Of a stretch of 64,000 nt of DNA, positions 61,406 to 64,000 are shown piece by piece (the stretch's first letter is position 1; every line of letters begins with the position of its first letter). The notes beneath the pieces were generated by a model. That model was not told the origin of the DNA. It saw only the letters and a list, made by a program, of their open reading frames with translations, and searched no databases. The stretch is from the human T2T-CHM13v2.0 reference genome, Homo sapiens: the NCBI RefSeq assembly GCF_009914755.1, contig NC_060930.1. One strand, 5' to 3'. The position numbers and the translations under genes are program-made.

Positions 61406-61659
61406 AGAGAGATTTAAATGTAACATATTTACCCACATAGTTACCATTTCTAGTGCTCTTAATTCCTTCGCCTAGATCTGTTTTCCATTTGACATCATTT
61501 TATTCTGTTTGAGGCACTTCCTTTAATATTTTCTCTATTCTACTGGTGAAGAATTCTTTCGGCTTTCGTATCTCTGGGAAAAAGTCCCTATTTTGCCTTG
61601 AGATTTTAAAAGGTTTTCGCTGGGTATGTCTGAGAATATAGAGGAACTAAAAACCTCAG

Positions 61660-62230
61660 TTTCTCCTACTGTAGTTTCACATCACGCTTCTGACACCAGA
61701 TGTGCTGAGTCAGGGGGTACTTTCCCTAGACATCAAGCAAGCAATTCATTCTGCAGTGGACACCAGCTGGGTGTCCCCCAGTTCAATTCTACTTCATCTA
61801 CCCAGAGATAGCGTCAGATCCCACAGGTTGAAGGCTGAGCCCCGCACAACTGTCCCCCACTTCCAATGCCAGTCGCAAGCCCCAGATTGTCTTACCTGTT
61901 TTTTTCTGACTGAATAGCTATAAATTGGGGTTCCCACAACCCCCTTCTTGGGTTTGATTAATTTGCCAGAGCAGGTCACAGAACTCAGGGAAACAGCATT
62001 TACTGGTTTATTATAAAGGATATTACAAAGGGTACAGATAAAGGGATGCACAGGGCGAGGTATGGGGGCAGGAGTGTGGAGCTTCCATGCCCTCCCCAGG
62101 TGTGCCACCCTCTAGGAACCTCTGTGTGTTCAGTTATTCAGAAGCTCTCCAAACCCAGTCCTTCGGGGGCTTTTATGGAAGCTGCATTACATAGGCATGG
62201 TTGATTGCATCATTGGCCTTTGGTGATCAG
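61660..62230 (-). mobile_element. MER21-family ERVL LTR (partial)
   Basis: ttctgcagtggacaccagctgggtgtcc...cagatcccacaggttgaagg...cagaactcagggaaaca; AATAAA on the minus strand. Confidence 0.8.
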
Positions 62231-63470
62231 ATGGGCTGTTGTCTGTTCACCTTGAAACTGCCTTGAAATGCATCATAAACACAGCAGTTCTTTGTCAGTC
62301 AATCAGAGAGCTGTTTATCAGACACTGAAGAATCCAGCAGCTCCTCACACAGTTCCAGAGTCAGGCCTAAGGGGGAGGTTATCTCCTCCTTGCATTCCTC
62401 AGGTAGGTAGCATGATCTCTTATAAACCATTTCCATTTTATGATAGAACTCTTCTGGGCACTGCCATCCCCATTACAGTGTTCCTGTGACATCACCCCCA
62501 GACAGCATGGTTATTTCAGGTTTCAGGGTCATTTTGTGTTCTTCAGTCTAGGCTCCACACAGGACTATGCCTCCAGGATATGTCTCCACCAGCAGTCAGC
62601 TTCTGCTCTACGCCCTGTGGCCTTGGGCAACCTTGCTGGCTCCCATTTAGCACGTCCAATTAATATTGCTCAAAGGGTGGATTTGCATGCCTTCTGTTTT
62701 ACAGTACTATGTAGGGGGAGCATTTCCCACTCAGATGTAATGTCCATTGCATGATAAAGAGACACAGCTATTTCTTATGAAGTGTGTTCAAATATACCAC
62801 CTCTCTCTAAACTTTTACCTTAGTTCCATCAACCCTTACTTTCCTAACTGTAGCCTTCATTAGGCCTTTACCAACAGGTTTCGGTCGTACAATTCAGTAC
62901 TAGCTAGGGGAAGTGTTCCCTGGACAGACATAATATCCATTCCTATAAATCATTTAGGTAAAGAGGCACAACTTCCTTATATAAAGCCTACTTAAACATC
63001 CCAGCTTTGATCATCCTAGCAATCCTTACATTTTTATGTTCTCACAATCTTAACTGTAGCCCAAGTCAGGGCTTGCCCAGTGGGTTTTGATAGCACAGTG
63101 CTTAAGGCTCCCATATCGAGGAGTCCCAGGAATTATTCTTCACCTCCCAGACGATTTTCCCACTTGTGTCCATAAGGCTGTGGGTACCCAGCAGGGGACT
63201 GGGCCAAGACACCTTTGCTGTCTGTCAGTCTTTTTCTTGATTAATCTGCCTGACTATTGCCCCAGGCAATTTCAGATCAGATCCTTCATTGTAATCTCTG
63301 CCTCTGACTTTTTAAATTTCTCCAAACTAGGGTAAATGTAGCAAACATTTTTCAAACCCCTTTATGTCGAGAGACCAGCAGGACTTCCCTTTGATCTATC
63401 CAGCCTTCCACAGTGTTGCATTAAAACATTTGTTTTAACCTCATTTTATTTCAGTTTCCATTTTATTCAT
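62231..63470 (-). mobile_element. Class III (ERVL-type) internal remnant with decayed protease and pol fragments
   Basis: Minus-strand FLGLLDMGA (LLDMGA at 63106-63123), AILIGRAKWEPARLPK (62622-62669), GSAQKSSIIKWKWFIRDHA (62409-62465). Confidence 0.8.
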
Positions 63471-63474
63471 CCCA

Positions 63475-64000
63475 ATTTTTTTTATTTTCCATAGGTTATT
63501 GGGGAACAGGTGGTATTTGGTTACATGAGTAAGTTCTTTAGTGGTGATTTGTGAGATTTTGGTGCACTCATCACTCGAGCAGTGTACACTGCACCCAATT
63601 TGTAGTCTTTTATCCCTCACTCCCCTGCGTCCCCAAAGTCCATTGTGTCATTCTTATGCCTTTGCATCCTCATAGCTTAGCTCCCACCTATGAGTGAGAA
63701 CATACGATGTTTGGTTTTCCATTCCTGAGTTACTTCACTTAGAATAATGGTCTCCAATCTCATCCAGGTAGCTGCAAATGCCATTAATTCATTTTTTATG
63801 GCTGAGTAGTATTCCATCATATATATATATACCACAGTTTCTTTATCCACTTGTTGATTGATGGGCATTTGGGTTGGTTCCAATTTTTGCAATTGTGAAT
63901 CGTGCTGCTATAAACATGCGTGTGCAAATATTTTTTTTGAATAATGACTTCTTTTCCTCTGGGTAGGTACCCAGTAGTGGGATTGCTGGATCAAGTGGTA
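63475..64000 (-). mobile_element. L1PB-type 3' end (continues past the window)
   Basis: ataggttattggggaacaggtggtatttggttacatgagtaagttctttagtgg; ORF MAFAATWMRLETIILSEVTQEWKTKHRMFSL. Confidence 0.9.

Overview
Primate (human-like) genomic DNA containing the 5' end of the E2F3 transcription factor gene on the + strand. A CpG island (~1-2480) carries two alternative first coding exons: exon 1a (E2F3a, 131 codons, [12 protein letters not shown]...GGGGGPP) and exon 1b (E2F3b, MPLQQQ). The remaining ~62 kb is intron 1; the shared exon 2 lies beyond the window. The intron is dense in interspersed repeats: ~30 Alus, antisense L1s, a near full-length Tigger1 interrupted by a 3'-truncated 7SL retrocopy, several hAT/Tc-mariner MITEs, MaLR/ERVL LTRs, a class III ERV pro/pol remnant and a U6 snRNA retrocopy. 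Nearly all other ORFs in the track are GC shadows or repeat-derived. I see no evidence of a new gene system. The most notable observations are mechanistic fossils: three tailless retrocopies with target-site duplications (TSDs), a U6/L1 juxtaposition, a head-to-head Alu pair inserted at one TTAA site, a templated-insertion repair scar and an RT-deleted ERVL. Repeat family names come from recognising consensus sequences by eye, and repeat boundaries are approximate.
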